Source: Candidatus Hodarchaeum mangrovi
Lineage (GTDB): Archaea; Asgardarchaeota; Heimdallarchaeia; Hodarchaeales; Hodarchaeaceae
Direction: 5' to 3'
Assembly: GCA_016839515.1 (NCBI GenBank)
Contig: JAEOUE010000121.1
Coordinates: 1 to 58,542, forward strand
Length of the DNA: 58,542 nt
Below are positions 48,526-58,542 of the stretch, one piece after another (position 1 is the stretch's first letter; each line of letters starts with the position of its first letter). The position numbers were made by a program, and so were the translations under genes. The notes beneath the pieces are model-generated. The model saw only the letters and a program-made list of their open reading frames with translations, had not been told where the DNA came from and did not search any database.

Positions 48526-49861
48526 AATACCACCAGCAGCAGCAGAAGAAGAAGAAGAATTAAAACTAGCTAAACGTATATTTGACTTAAATAAGATAAT
48601 TGAAGAGAATTCTTCCTTATTAATGAATTTAAAAGCAGAGCTATCAGAAATCAGAACTGATCATCAAAAATGGATTAAAAAAATTGAAGATTTGGATGTA
48701 AGACTGGATTCAAAGTTTTCTGAAATAACAAATGAATTTAATGAAATAAATAACAATTACTCTATTGAAACTAGAAGAATTGAAGAGAAAATCAATACAA
48801 AAGTTCTAGAACTAGAACCAAAAATCCAAGAACTTTCTGAAAAAGCATCAAATAATTATTCGGAAATTTCTGAAAGGATTACAGCAATTCAAGAAGAGTT
48901 AAATAAAAAAGTAACTTCCGATACTTTTGAAGACATAAAAAATGGATTTTCAGAAAGAATAAATGATCTAAATCAAAAAATTGAAGCCTTAGAGAACAAT
49001 CTAAACTTTAAATACAATACTATAGAAACTGTAATAGGGGAAAAAGAACAAAAAATAATATCATCCTATGATGAGAAATTCCTTGGGATTCGGAAGGATT
49101 TTGATGAAGAAAATTCAAAAATCTCAAATGAATTGAATTTGGTCTCTGAAACACTGCAGATGTTGGTTGAATCAGTTCAAAATATCAATAAAGTAAATGA
49201 AAATCATAATGATGTTCTGGATTCATATCAATCTGCATTTTCTGATCTTAAAGATACTATTAAGGAAATCATTAGTATTTCAAAAGAAGATCAAAAGGAA
49301 CTTTTTGATAGTTTTTCTACTATCATGGAGAGTAATAATGAAGATATAAGAACTGAAATAACAGTTACGACACAAACACTTCTAGATAGTGATAAAAATA
49401 TTATCGACAAATCTAAAGAACTTTTTATGCAGAAAAAATCAGGTGATGAACTTAAACAAACAATAATTGAATTAGCAGGAGAAATACGGTCAGAATCTCA
49501 AAAAACTCGTGATGATCTCTTGAAAGGTCTTCAATCTAATGTCGAGGAGTATGAAAAAGTGATTACAGAACAAAATATAAACATCAAATCCTTTCAAGAG
49601 GAATTAGAGCTATTCAAAAAAGAAATACATGCAATAATTGATCGAAAGGTAAATGAAAAATATGAAGTTGTTTACAAGCTTCTAGGAAGAGTATTAACAC
49701 TCTCTGAAGAGCATGCACTTCTATTAAAAGCGTCAGAGATAAAATTACCTTTAAAATCGAAAAGATTACCAGAAATCACTACTAACCTTTCACAAAGCGA
49801 AGATGAAGCTTCCTCTTCTGACTCCTTAGAGGATGAGGATGAAAAAGAAAAAGGAATATAA
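48518..49861 (+). CDS. Long coiled-coil/helical-repeat protein with acidic tail
   Basis: E/K/I/L-rich amphipathic helices throughout; 8-bp overlap with the upstream ORF. Confidence 0.75.
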   Translation: MAEIPPAAAEEEEELKLAKRIFDLNKIIEENSSLLMNLKAELSEIRTDHQKWIKKIEDLDVRLDSKFSEITNEFNEINNNYSIETRRIEEKINTKVLELEPKIQELSEKASNNYSEISERITAIQEELNKKVTSDTFEDIKNGFSERINDLNQKIEALENNLNFKYNTIETVIGEKEQKIISSYDEKFLGIRKDFDEENSKISNELNLVSETLQMLVESVQNINKVNENHNDVLDSYQSAFSDLKDTIKEIISISKEDQKELFDSFSTIMESNNEDIRTEITVTTQTLLDSDKNIIDKSKELFMQKKSGDELKQTIIELAGEIRSESQKTRDDLLKGLQSNVEEYEKVITEQNINIKSFQEELELFKKEIHAIIDRKVNEKYEVVYKLLGRVLTLSEEHALLLKASEIKLPLKSKRLPEITTNLSQSEDEASSSDSLEDEDEKEKGI

Positions 49862-49913
49862 AGAAGGAATAGTATGTAACGTTATTTGAGACAAACGCGA
49901 AGGGAAATTAATA

Positions 49914-50429
49914 TTGTCATTAGATAGCCCATTAAAAATTGTTATTGCAGGAGAAAAGCATGTGGGAAAGTCTTCTCTTGTACATAGGTTTATTTATGAA
50001 CAATTTCCCTTAAAAGGGCTCTATTCCACGGTAGGATTCGATTTTACGCTAAAGACTATCATTCTTGATAACAATACAAATGTAGTTATTCATATTTATG
50101 ATTTTGGAGGAGAACCACGATTTAGGATGATTTTTCCTCAATATGCTTCAGATTGTGATGGACTTATTCTAGCTTTTGATCCAACGCGAGAAGAGACATT
50201 TAATGCTTTGAATGAATGGATTGAAGTTTACGGTCGTAAAGAGGAGACTATTAATTTCTTAATATCAACAAAAGCTGATTTAGGAATTTCTACCTCCCCA
50301 TTAAAAATAAATGACTTCAGAAACAAGCATAATATTTCAAGGTACTTTCAAACAAGTGCTGTGACGGGTGAGAATACGCAAGAATTATTTAAAATAATAG
50401 CAGGAGAAATAATTCAAAAGAAATTATAA
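49914..50429 (+). CDS. Rab-like small GTPase, atypical
   Basis: GEKHVGKSS, TVGFDF, DFGGE (Q to E), TKAD (N to T), TSA. Confidence 0.88.
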   Translation: MSLDSPLKIVIAGEKHVGKSSLVHRFIYEQFPLKGLYSTVGFDFTLKTIILDNNTNVVIHIYDFGGEPRFRMIFPQYASDCDGLILAFDPTREETFNALNEWIEVYGRKEETINFLISTKADLGISTSPLKINDFRNKHNISRYFQTSAVTGENTQELFKIIAGEIIQKKL

Positions 50430-50442
50430 AAACTAAGTTATC

Positions 50443-51021
50443 ATGGGACAGGTTTTTCGAATGGGTGAATCAAAGTTCTTTGTAGACTCGAATATTCTAA
50501 CTGTAAAAGTCATTGTAGCTGGACCTGGAGGGGTAGGTAAAACAACATTACTAAAACGCTATGAAACAAATAATTACATCCCTGCAATTTCAACAATAGG
50601 GATTAACTTCCTAGTAAGAGATATTGAAGTAGGGGATTCAATTTTACGTATAGCTTATTGGGATTATGCAGGAGAGGATAGATTCAAAATATTGTTTCCA
50701 GGTTATTGTCAAGGTTCATCGGGTGCAATATTAGCATTTGATACCTCTCGAATGCAAACTTTATCAGAACTCCCTGAATGGTTAAAAGTGATCCGAACAC
50801 ATAATGATCCAGAAATCCCTATAATCCTGCTAGGAAATAAGATCGATGCAATTTCCGAGGAAAAAAGGGATTTAGCTAGAGAATCTGCAAATATCTTTGC
50901 TAAAGAATTTCAATTATCAGGATATTATTTCTGTTCTGCAAAAGAAGGAGATGGTATTGAAGCTCCCTTCTCTCACCTAGGTATATTAATAAGTGAAAGA
51001 AATAAAAAGAGAAGGAAATAA
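50443..51021 (+). CDS. Rab-like small GTPase with polybasic C-terminus
   Basis: GPGGVGKTT, TIGINF, WDYAGE (Q to E), NKID, CSAK; ends NKKRRK. Confidence 0.9.
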   Translation: MGQVFRMGESKFFVDSNILTVKVIVAGPGGVGKTTLLKRYETNNYIPAISTIGINFLVRDIEVGDSILRIAYWDYAGEDRFKILFPGYCQGSSGAILAFDTSRMQTLSELPEWLKVIRTHNDPEIPIILLGNKIDAISEEKRDLARESANIFAKEFQLSGYYFCSAKEGDGIEAPFSHLGILISERNKKRRK

Positions 51022-51030
51022 TTTCTCTTT

Positions 51031-52515
51031 TTATAATATTGAATCCACAAAGCTATCGATCTTTTTCTCAAAGAAACCTTTTGTCGCTAGATAACGATGA
51101 TAGAACTTTTGATATTCCTCCTTCATCATCTTCTCATAAGAAATTAAGAATAACAATCCTGTCGCAATAAATGAGGAGATGGTTGCTAATAAAAATAGAA
51201 TAGCGGTTGCAGAATATTCCCATGAGCTAAACGTTGAAATTATCATTCCACCTAGAATAGAAACTATTGGTTGAGTCCAAGTAGATCCAAATTTATTTAT
51301 TCCCATGAATTGAGCCTCTTTCCCCTCTGGTACTAAATCTGCTGGTAAAGAGACTCTTACCGATTCAATAAAGACAGCTCCTAGCCCTCCAAGAGCTGCA
51401 ATGGGGATTAAAAAACCATAATAATCGCCAATCTCCATTCCACTCATTAAAAGAGCAAAAAAAGCATATATTATTGATCCAACAATAGCAGTCCTTACTT
51501 TTCCAAATTTCTGAATAAAAAAGCCAGCAGGAATCGCCATAATAACAGAGACAATGCCTGTTACCATTAACACTGCAGGTACTTCTTCAGGTAAGATTCC
51601 CATGGGAGTTGTTAAATGGATCACCAAATAAATAGCAATAATTTCACTTGAGAATCCCCAAAACGATTGTACAAAAAACATTTTCCCAAAATCGGATCCA
51701 GAAATATTCAAAAGATAATTGGGAGTTTGAAGAATATCTGTAACGGGGGAATCAATAGGAGGAAAAGGAGGATTTGCTTTTTCGACTAGAAAGAAGATTA
51801 AGATCCCAACAACAGTAATAATAAGTGCTGGAAATAAAAAAAACCCTACTTCAATCAAGATACTTAGACTAAACAACGTTGCAAGTTCTAAAAGAAAATT
51901 CGAAATAGGGGAAAAAAATAGCAGACCAATCATACTACCTAGTGTAGTAAAACCAGCTAATATTAAACCAACCCATCCTCGCTGTTCCTTCGTAAATAAT
52001 TCAGAAAGTAATGCCCCATAAGGAGAAGAAGCCAATCCTAAACCAACATAAATTAAGAAAAAACAAACTGGGAAGAGTACAACCATCAACTCACCAGGGG
52101 CTCCACCAGCAAAAATTGGAGTCATAATTAGCATAAATCCAGCTATCAAACATCCACTTAAAATATAAGGAGCTCGTGCCCCATATTTTGATCGATAGTC
52201 GTCTGAAAAGGCCCCACCTATAATAACAGTTATAAGATAAGCAATAGAACCAGCAGCAACTGAAAATGAGAAAATTGTATCAGCAGTTTCATTTGTAATA
52301 GTGTGTTCAAGATCAACTAAATATCCATGCAAGTAAGAGAGATTAAAATGAGTAATAATGAAATTTACAATAATTGCATTTGCCATAGCAAAAAGTCCAA
52401 GTGCGATAATATTTCGATATTTTTGTACTGCTTCTCGTTCCTCTCGCAGCTCTCTTGTTGTTAAAAATTTAAATTTTCCTCTTATTTTTTGCCTATGTTC
52501 TGATCCAGTTGCCAA
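51031..52515 (-). CDS. MFS transporter
   Basis: GAFSDDYRSKYGARAPY, LLSELF, ADLVPEG, about 12 TMs. Confidence 0.88.
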   Translation of the reverse strand: MATGSEHRQKIRGKFKFLTTRELREEREAVQKYRNIIALGLFAMANAIIVNFIITHFNLSYLHGYLVDLEHTITNETADTIFSFSVAAGSIAYLITVIIGGAFSDDYRSKYGARAPYILSGCLIAGFMLIMTPIFAGGAPGELMVVLFPVCFFLIYVGLGLASSPYGALLSELFTKEQRGWVGLILAGFTTLGSMIGLLFFSPISNFLLELATLFSLSILIEVGFFLFPALIITVVGILIFFLVEKANPPFPPIDSPVTDILQTPNYLLNISGSDFGKMFFVQSFWGFSSEIIAIYLVIHLTTPMGILPEEVPAVLMVTGIVSVIMAIPAGFFIQKFGKVRTAIVGSIIYAFFALLMSGMEIGDYYGFLIPIAALGGLGAVFIESVRVSLPADLVPEGKEAQFMGINKFGSTWTQPIVSILGGMIISTFSSWEYSATAILFLLATISSFIATGLLFLISYEKMMKEEYQKFYHRYLATKGFFEKKIDSFVDSIL

Positions 52516-53017
52516 TTTTGATCACTCATCTTTTATTTAGCGAATGGATTTGCTTAAATTATCAAAGTACTTTACTTTTTTTTCTCTCAAAACTTGCCTT
52601 TTTAACTTTTAACTGCTCAATTAAACATACAACCACTATAAATATGTATAGTTTCAATTTAGTCTTTTTGGTATTTAAATCGTGAATCTAGCATTCTACC
52701 AAAATTTTTGATAACAAAAACCTTTTTTTACAGCTCTACGCTTAAAAAGTACTATAAATTTTTTTGTTAATGCAGGATTACCATTTAGATAATCTCGGAA
52801 TTCAATTATCTACTATTAAAATAATTCTTGTTTAAAAAAATTGTAAAATAAGAGAATATCAGTTAATTTACATTGTTGGAATATATTTATTAATAATTGG
52901 TTTGAACAAAATTAACAAGTAAGAAGGATTTTGAAATACACCCATTCCTTTATTGAGAGAAAAGATCGTTAGATAACTGTAATTTTGGAGTAATGCTCAT
53001 TTCTTAGAGGTATTAGC

Positions 53018-56000
53018 TTGGTTCATATTAAAGAAATACGTATGACTGGATGGAAAAGTTATGGCTCGGGTACAGTCCGAATGCCTTTAGCTAAAGGATT
53101 TACTGTCATAGTAGGACCAAATGGGAGTGGTAAATCTAATTCAATTGATGGGGTAAATTTCTGTTTAGGAACCCTTTCCACTAAGAGTATGCGAGCAGAA
53201 AAAATGGTAGGATTAATTTATAATGGAATTGGCGGACAGAAACCTGCAGAAAGAGCCAATGTTGAAATTGTTTTTGATAATTCAGATTATGCTATTCCTC
53301 TAAAGGAAGCAGAAGTAATTGTGAGTAGAGAATTAAAGCGAAACGGTTCAACAACATATCGTTTGAATGGAAAAAGAACAACACGAACTGATATTCTTGA
53401 TAAATTGCGTATTGCAGGTATTGATGTTATTAATAGTTATAATATAATCGCCCAAGGGCAAGTAGGGGAAATAGTTGGGATGAATCCGATCCAAAGACGC
53501 CAGCTAATGGAAAACTTAGCTGGTGTTGGTCAATTTGATGAAAAGAAAAAATCAGCACTTTCAGAACTTGATGAAGCTAATAGAAGAATGGATGAGCTTC
53601 AATTATTAGTGAATGAGGTCTCGAAACGAGTTGATTCCCTTCGCAGGGAAAAAGATGATGCTGAGCGATGGACTTTATTAGATCAAGAAGTGAATCAACT
53701 CCGAGCATTATTAATATCATACAATTTTCACAATTTCACAGAGAAAATTTCTACTTTTGATGAAGAAATAACAAAAATTAGATCAGAACAAGATTCTCTC
53801 ATCAATGAACGAGACGAAAAAAGTATTAAGATCGATGAGGTTACCCTAAAAATTCGTGAATTAGAGAATCAGCTTATTCAACTAGAGACTGAAATTAAAG
53901 AAATAAGAACCTCCTCTGAAGAGAAGAATATTGAAAAAACAAAAGTTGAAGAAAAGATTGAATATAATAAAAAAACAATAAACTCTAATGAGAATAGAAT
54001 AACTCAACTAACAACACGAATAGAGCAAATCCAAGAAAAACGTGAGGAGGATATCCAAACAAAAGATAAACTCGAAGAAGCAAAAAAAGAACTTTTAATA
54101 AAAATTGAAGAGATTAAAGAAGATAAGAAAACAATAGAAAATGAATTAGAAGAAAAAAATCAACAATATGATGAAATTAAAAATGAATTTGATGATACAG
54201 AAAGAAGATATAAAGTAGAAAATGATCGTTTAACAAAAACACAGGTTCAATTTGAAGTATCTCAAAATATGGTTACTGCATTTGAAAATAATGTGAAAGA
54301 ATATGAAAAACGAAAGGATGAGATGAACGAGCAAATTTCAGCTTCTAAAGAAAAGTCAATTAACCTACAAGAATTAATAAACGATGAATCTAGGCAGCTT
54401 GAGGAAGCAAAGAGTAAAATAGGAGATGTAGAAGAAAAAAAACAAAATATTGAATCTCGTATCCAAGATTTAGAGATTCAAAACAGAGAATTAAATGATA
54501 AGTATTTAGTTCAAAAAGCACGAATAGAAACAATTTCATCATTTTTAAAAGCTGAATCCGGAAAAGAGAATCCAGCGGTTTCATTTATTAATAGCAAAAA
54601 AAATAGTGGAGAACTAACAGGAATTTTAGGGGAATTTCAAAATCTTTCTGTTGGGGGTCAACATCTTCCTTCTGAAGTAGGTCATCTCTCAGATGCTATT
54701 ATTACAGTGTCCATTTCTGATTCCTTACGATGTATCCATCTCTTAAAAGAACAGGCTATTGGAGCTGCAAATTTTATCCCATTAGAAAAGTTTAAACTCA
54801 AATCTGATGAGAAATTTGATAAAATTGTCAATAAAATTAGGGAACAAAATGAAATTGTCTCAAATCTATCTGAAGCAGCTGAAATCTGGAAAAAGAATAA
54901 TCAAACAGTTTCTACTAATGATGGAGATGTTTTTTATTCCAATGGAATTATTTATGGAGGTTTTCACCTTGTTTCTGCTCAGGAATCCGTCGACAAATTA
55001 ACTACAGAGATGGAAACTACAAAAGAAAATTTAAATAATGTTAAACAGAAATTGAAGGAAGAAGAAGAAAACAAAAAACGATTAATACAACTTGAGAAAG
55101 TGATCACGGAGTCAATAAATAAATTAGAGAAAAATATTAGAGATGCTTCTATTGAACTTACTCAGCAGGAAAATGAGGTAAAATTATACCAAGATAATTT
55201 AGAAAAGATAATTCAGGAATTGACACCTCTCAAAAGCCAATTAGAAGAAAGAATGAAATCAAGAGAAGTACAACGAAATGAAATGGAATTTTATGAAAAA
55301 AATCTAGAAAAAATCGCTATTGAAATGACAGAAGTAGAAAAACACCTAGAAGCTGCTGATACACGTCCTATTTTAGAGAAAATGAACCAAGTTGAACAAC
55401 AATTAGGCCAAATACAAGGGAAGCTCACTGGAATTGAATCACGAATTGAAGGATTGATTACAAGAAAAGATGAAAAAGAACAAAGATTAATAGAAACTAA
55501 AGATGAAATAAATAGTGTAGAAATCGAAACAGCTAATCTTAAAGGAGAGATTCAAATACTTGAGGGTCAGTTAACCCAACTTGAAAGTCAATTAGTTAAA
55601 ATTATTGAAAAAGAGGAAGAGGTGTCTACGAAAACAAAGGACGTAAGATCTGACCTTTCAACCCAGAAAAAATATCAAGGACAAATGGTAAAAGATAAGG
55701 AAAAATTAAATGAAAAAATATCAATTTATGAAGAACAGATCACTGATATTAAGCTCCAAAGAGAACGATTTGCAGTAGAACTTGAAAAAATACAAAATGA
55801 ATCTTTAGAAAATAATATAACAATTATAGCAGCAGATTCGGAAGAATTGAAAAATATAAACGAAAGAAAAATCAACAATGACATCAATGGAAAGAGTGAG
55901 GAAAAGAAAAGACTTGAACCAGTCAATATGCGAGCTTTAAAAGAATTTCAAGAAGAAAATGCACGATTTATTGAACTATTAGACCGTAGAGATATTTTAA

Positions 56001-56596
56001 TTGAGGAACGACAAATTATTCTGGATTTTATTGAGGATATCGAGACAGAGAAATATTCAGTCTTCATGAAAGTGTTCAATGGAGTCAATAAACATTTTGG
56101 TTCTATCTTCAACGAACTGTCAGGAGGAAGTGCACGTCTGATATTAGAGAAGGATCCAAAGAAAGGAGAAGATATCTTTGAAGGTGGAATGTTTATTGAA
56201 GCACACCCTGCAGGGAAAAAAGTAGCCTCAATAGAAGCAATGTCAGGAGGAGAAAAAGCTCTAACTGCGTTAGCTTTCATATTCGCTGTTCAAACAGTTG
56301 ATGCGCAGCCATTCTATATATTAGATGAAATTGACGCGGCTTTAGATCCAATGAATGTTCGGAGAGTCGCTAAATTACTTCATAGAATGAGTAGAACGGT
56401 GGGCCAAGATGAAGAAGGAATTAAGAAAACTAAATCATCATCTCCTGGAGCTCAATTCCTTGTAATCAGTCATCGTGATATTTTAATGGCATGGGCAGAT
56501 CGTTTATATGGTTGTACAAATGTTAAGGGACTAAGCTCTGTATTTTCGATTCAAATGAGTGAAGATAAACAACTCGAAAGGGCTGAAAGCTTCTAA
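53018..56596 (+). CDS. smc: Chromosome segregation protein SMC
   Basis: Walker A GPNGSGKSN, Q-loop AQG, hinge G-x6-G-x3-GG, signature MSGGEK, Walker B/D-loop LDEIDAALD, ISH. Confidence 0.97.
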   Translation: MVHIKEIRMTGWKSYGSGTVRMPLAKGFTVIVGPNGSGKSNSIDGVNFCLGTLSTKSMRAEKMVGLIYNGIGGQKPAERANVEIVFDNSDYAIPLKEAEVIVSRELKRNGSTTYRLNGKRTTRTDILDKLRIAGIDVINSYNIIAQGQVGEIVGMNPIQRRQLMENLAGVGQFDEKKKSALSELDEANRRMDELQLLVNEVSKRVDSLRREKDDAERWTLLDQEVNQLRALLISYNFHNFTEKISTFDEEITKIRSEQDSLINERDEKSIKIDEVTLKIRELENQLIQLETEIKEIRTSSEEKNIEKTKVEEKIEYNKKTINSNENRITQLTTRIEQIQEKREEDIQTKDKLEEAKKELLIKIEEIKEDKKTIENELEEKNQQYDEIKNEFDDTERRYKVENDRLTKTQVQFEVSQNMVTAFENNVKEYEKRKDEMNEQISASKEKSINLQELINDESRQLEEAKSKIGDVEEKKQNIESRIQDLEIQNRELNDKYLVQKARIETISSFLKAESGKENPAVSFINSKKNSGELTGILGEFQNLSVGGQHLPSEVGHLSDAIITVSISDSLRCIHLLKEQAIGAANFIPLEKFKLKSDEKFDKIVNKIREQNEIVSNLSEAAEIWKKNNQTVSTNDGDVFYSNGIIYGGFHLVSAQESVDKLTTEMETTKENLNNVKQKLKEEEENKKRLIQLEKVITESINKLEKNIRDASIELTQQENEVKLYQDNLEKIIQELTPLKSQLEERMKSREVQRNEMEFYEKNLEKIAIEMTEVEKHLEAADTRPILEKMNQVEQQLGQIQGKLTGIESRIEGLITRKDEKEQRLIETKDEINSVEIETANLKGEIQILEGQLTQLESQLVKIIEKEEEVSTKTKDVRSDLSTQKKYQGQMVKDKEKLNEKISIYEEQITDIKLQRERFAVELEKIQNESLENNITIIAADSEELKNINERKINNDINGKSEEKKRLEPVNMRALKEFQEENARFIELLDRRDILIEERQIILDFIEDIETEKYSVFMKVFNGVNKHFGSIFNELSGGSARLILEKDPKKGEDIFEGGMFIEAHPAGKKVASIEAMSGGEKALTALAFIFAVQTVDAQPFYILDEIDAALDPMNVRRVAKLLHRMSRTVGQDEEGIKKTKSSSPGAQFLVISHRDILMAWADRLYGCTNVKGLSSVFSIQMSEDKQLERAESF

Positions 56597-56611
56597 AAAG
56601 GAGTTGAGTTC

Positions 56612-57481
56612 ATGAATGAGCCTGAAAACGATCAATCTGAGACTTTTGACGAAGAAGATGATTCTGATGAAGATGACTATATCCGTATGTTCAGTCATTC
56701 AGGCCAATTTTTCTTAGACGAACCTTATGTTTATTTAATAAATCCCGATTTATTTCCCGAGAGAGTAGCCTATATAAAGGATTTTAAATTGAAGGAGATA
56801 CTACCCGAGTTCTATAAAAAACTCCTTGAACAAGGACTTGATTTTCGGATTTTGGGACAATCAATTTATTCTGCTGCCCGAATTCATAAAAAGAAGGTAA
56901 GTATGGCTATTCAATATGAAAAAAAGCAAGAGGAGAAAATTGCTATACGAGCAAAAAGAAGAGAATTTCAATTTAAAATACCCCTTGAGAATTTTGTAAC
57001 ACGAGATTTATTATCCCTTGCAGAGTCTGCAAATCCTGAATCTTTTTATGCAGAGCTCCTTTTAGCTCTTCAAGAAGAGGATGAAAAAAGGAAATTAGAA
57101 AAAATAAAAGAAGAAAAGAAGAAACAAGAGAAAAAAGGAGATGAGAAAGCTCGTCGTCGAAGACTTGAATTAGCAGATTTTGAAAACTTTCAATATGAAC
57201 TTGATTTGGACAGAGTAGCAATTGAAGAGGTCGTGGAAAAAACATTTGAGGTTATCAAGCAAATTGCGAAGAAAGATAAGAACAAAGAAGCTGAATTTTC
57301 TAAAGTTGTAACTCAAATGGAAAAAAAATTCAAATCCGACGAAGAACGACGGTTATCAAGAGCAAGAGTTCTCATCTCCTGTCTATATCTATTCAGAGAT
57401 GAACTAATAACCGCAGAACAAGAACTAAATCCGCCCTATGAGATTTATATCCAAGTCATTAAAGAAAAAAAGAATAAATAA
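56612..57481 (+). CDS. scpA: Kleisin ScpA
   Basis: 15 bp downstream of smc; N-terminal DFRILGQSIYSAARIHKKK and C-terminal winged helix LISCLYL...AEQE...YEIYI. Confidence 0.75.
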   Translation: MNEPENDQSETFDEEDDSDEDDYIRMFSHSGQFFLDEPYVYLINPDLFPERVAYIKDFKLKEILPEFYKKLLEQGLDFRILGQSIYSAARIHKKKVSMAIQYEKKQEEKIAIRAKRREFQFKIPLENFVTRDLLSLAESANPESFYAELLLALQEEDEKRKLEKIKEEKKKQEKKGDEKARRRRLELADFENFQYELDLDRVAIEEVVEKTFEVIKQIAKKDKNKEAEFSKVVTQMEKKFKSDEERRLSRARVLISCLYLFRDELITAEQELNPPYEIYIQVIKEKKNK

Positions 57482-57498
57482 AAATGGATCAGGATGTT

Positions 57499-58542
57499 TT
57501 ACATCCCAACCTCTGCACGAGTTATTTCTTGAGATCTTGCTAAGAAGTAATCCCCTAATACTATCTTTCCCATCAAATTGATAAAGGCATCTGCAAGGCT
57601 AGCAATAGCGACAACTTCTCCTTGATCCTCTTTAACAGCAACAAGAACTTCCTCTCCATCACGATCTGCAGCAATATAGTTCTCAACTCCAACAAACTTA
57701 GCAGCATCAACACTACGAACCCTAACATTTGGTTTTTGGAATAATTTCTTCAAGAGATCACGATGTGCAGTAGGATCTATAATTGTGACTAAATTTACTC
57801 TTTGATGACTCTTCGTCTGCAAAATCTCTTGGATAGGTATGTCTGCTAATACAGGCAACAAAAGGGTAATCCCACCCTTCATCCGTGCCATCATTTCCCT
57901 GATATAAATTAATGTTGCATTTTTAGATACAATTGGAGCTGTTTGTACTGGGGGCTGTTTTGTATCCTTCACTAGAGAAGCTATTTTATCTAATGAATAA
58001 AGGTAATTCTTGAAAATTTCCTCATTCTTAGCTGTTACATCTTTAAACTTTGTTGAGTAATCTGATAATTCTTTCTCTAGAGTTGCTATTTCAGTTTGAA
58101 AACTGGATTGAATGATTTCATTGGTTGCATCTAGGTGTTCGATAGATGTTTTATGAAGTTCATCTACAACAGAGAAGATTTTCGTCTGAAATTCTCGTGT
58201 TTGACTTATTAAATGTTCAGAACTTTTAACTAATTCTCCTGAAATCGTACTGTGAAAATTAGAATCATAAGATTGAAATTGAGAAGTTAAATTGGAAATT
58301 AAATTGTCAATTTCAGATTTTAATATTGTGATCTCTTCTGAAATTACTTTCTCATTTTCTGCTTTTTTTGTAATAATTGAGGATTTCAGTTCGCTAATTA
58401 AAGCATTAAAATTGCTCATAGATTGGTTTTGCATGTCATTAAAGAATTGCTTAAACCTTTGAAGGATTTCATTAAGCTCTTCCTCTTGAGGAACGAGAGT
58501 AGAATTGAACTCATTTATCTGCGATTCTAATTCCTTTTTCAA
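57499..58542 (-). CDS. 5'-partial long helical/coiled-coil protein with C-terminal TrmB-effector/PLD-like alpha/beta domain
   Basis: Frame is open to the window edge; C-terminal SKNATLIYIREMMAR...ITLLLP...AADRDGEEVLVA. Confidence 0.6.
   Translation of the reverse strand: MKKELESQINEFNSTLVPQEEELNEILQRFKQFFNDMQNQSMSNFNALISELKSSIITKKAENEKVISEEITILKSEIDNLISNLTSQFQSYDSNFHSTISGELVKSSEHLISQTREFQTKIFSVVDELHKTSIEHLDATNEIIQSSFQTEIATLEKELSDYSTKFKDVTAKNEEIFKNYLYSLDKIASLVKDTKQPPVQTAPIVSKNATLIYIREMMARMKGGITLLLPVLADIPIQEILQTKSHQRVNLVTIIDPTAHRDLLKKLFQKPNVRVRSVDAAKFVGVENYIAADRDGEEVLVAVKEDQGEVVAIASLADAFINLMGKIVLGDYFLARSQEITRAEVGM

Noticed and set aside
2994-57245. Numerous short ORF-track entries overlapping long genes (e.g. 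2994-3263, 6262-6450, 36582-36914, 40582-40902, 55948-56280)
   Set aside because: Antisense or alternate-frame shadows of well-supported genes, with no motifs.
1-58542. CRISPR arrays, rRNA, IS elements, provirus, integration at tRNA-Cys
   Set aside because: No regularly spaced repeats, no long GC-rich structured RNA, no transposase, integrase or capsid motifs, and no duplicated tRNA 3' end seen.

Overview
AT-rich archaeal chromosomal window, most likely from an Asgard archaeon (Heimdallarchaeia/Hodarchaeales-like; inferred from gene content, not from a search). It holds about 43 CDS and one intron-containing tRNA-Cys(GCA). I found no rRNA, CRISPR array, transposase or provirus. Housekeeping genes include adk, dcd, dut, class II HMG-CoA reductase, rocD, mutY, smc-scpA, glycosyltransferases and MFS transporters. 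Among them is a dense set of eukaryote-like proteins: a DNA polymerase epsilon-like PolB with the CysX Fe-S motif, four Rab-like small GTPases, a gelsolin-domain protein, a site-1-protease (MBTPS1)-like membrane subtilase and an eIF2B-like protein. Two putative operons are the best candidates for undescribed systems. The first is Roadblock-like + long coiled-coil + two tandem atypical Rab-like GTPases (48100-51021). The second is an alpha-SNAP-like/Ig-repeat protein translationally coupled to a C9orf72/uDENN-longin-like TPR protein (21745-25848). All family calls come from motifs recognised by eye and need HMM or structure confirmation.
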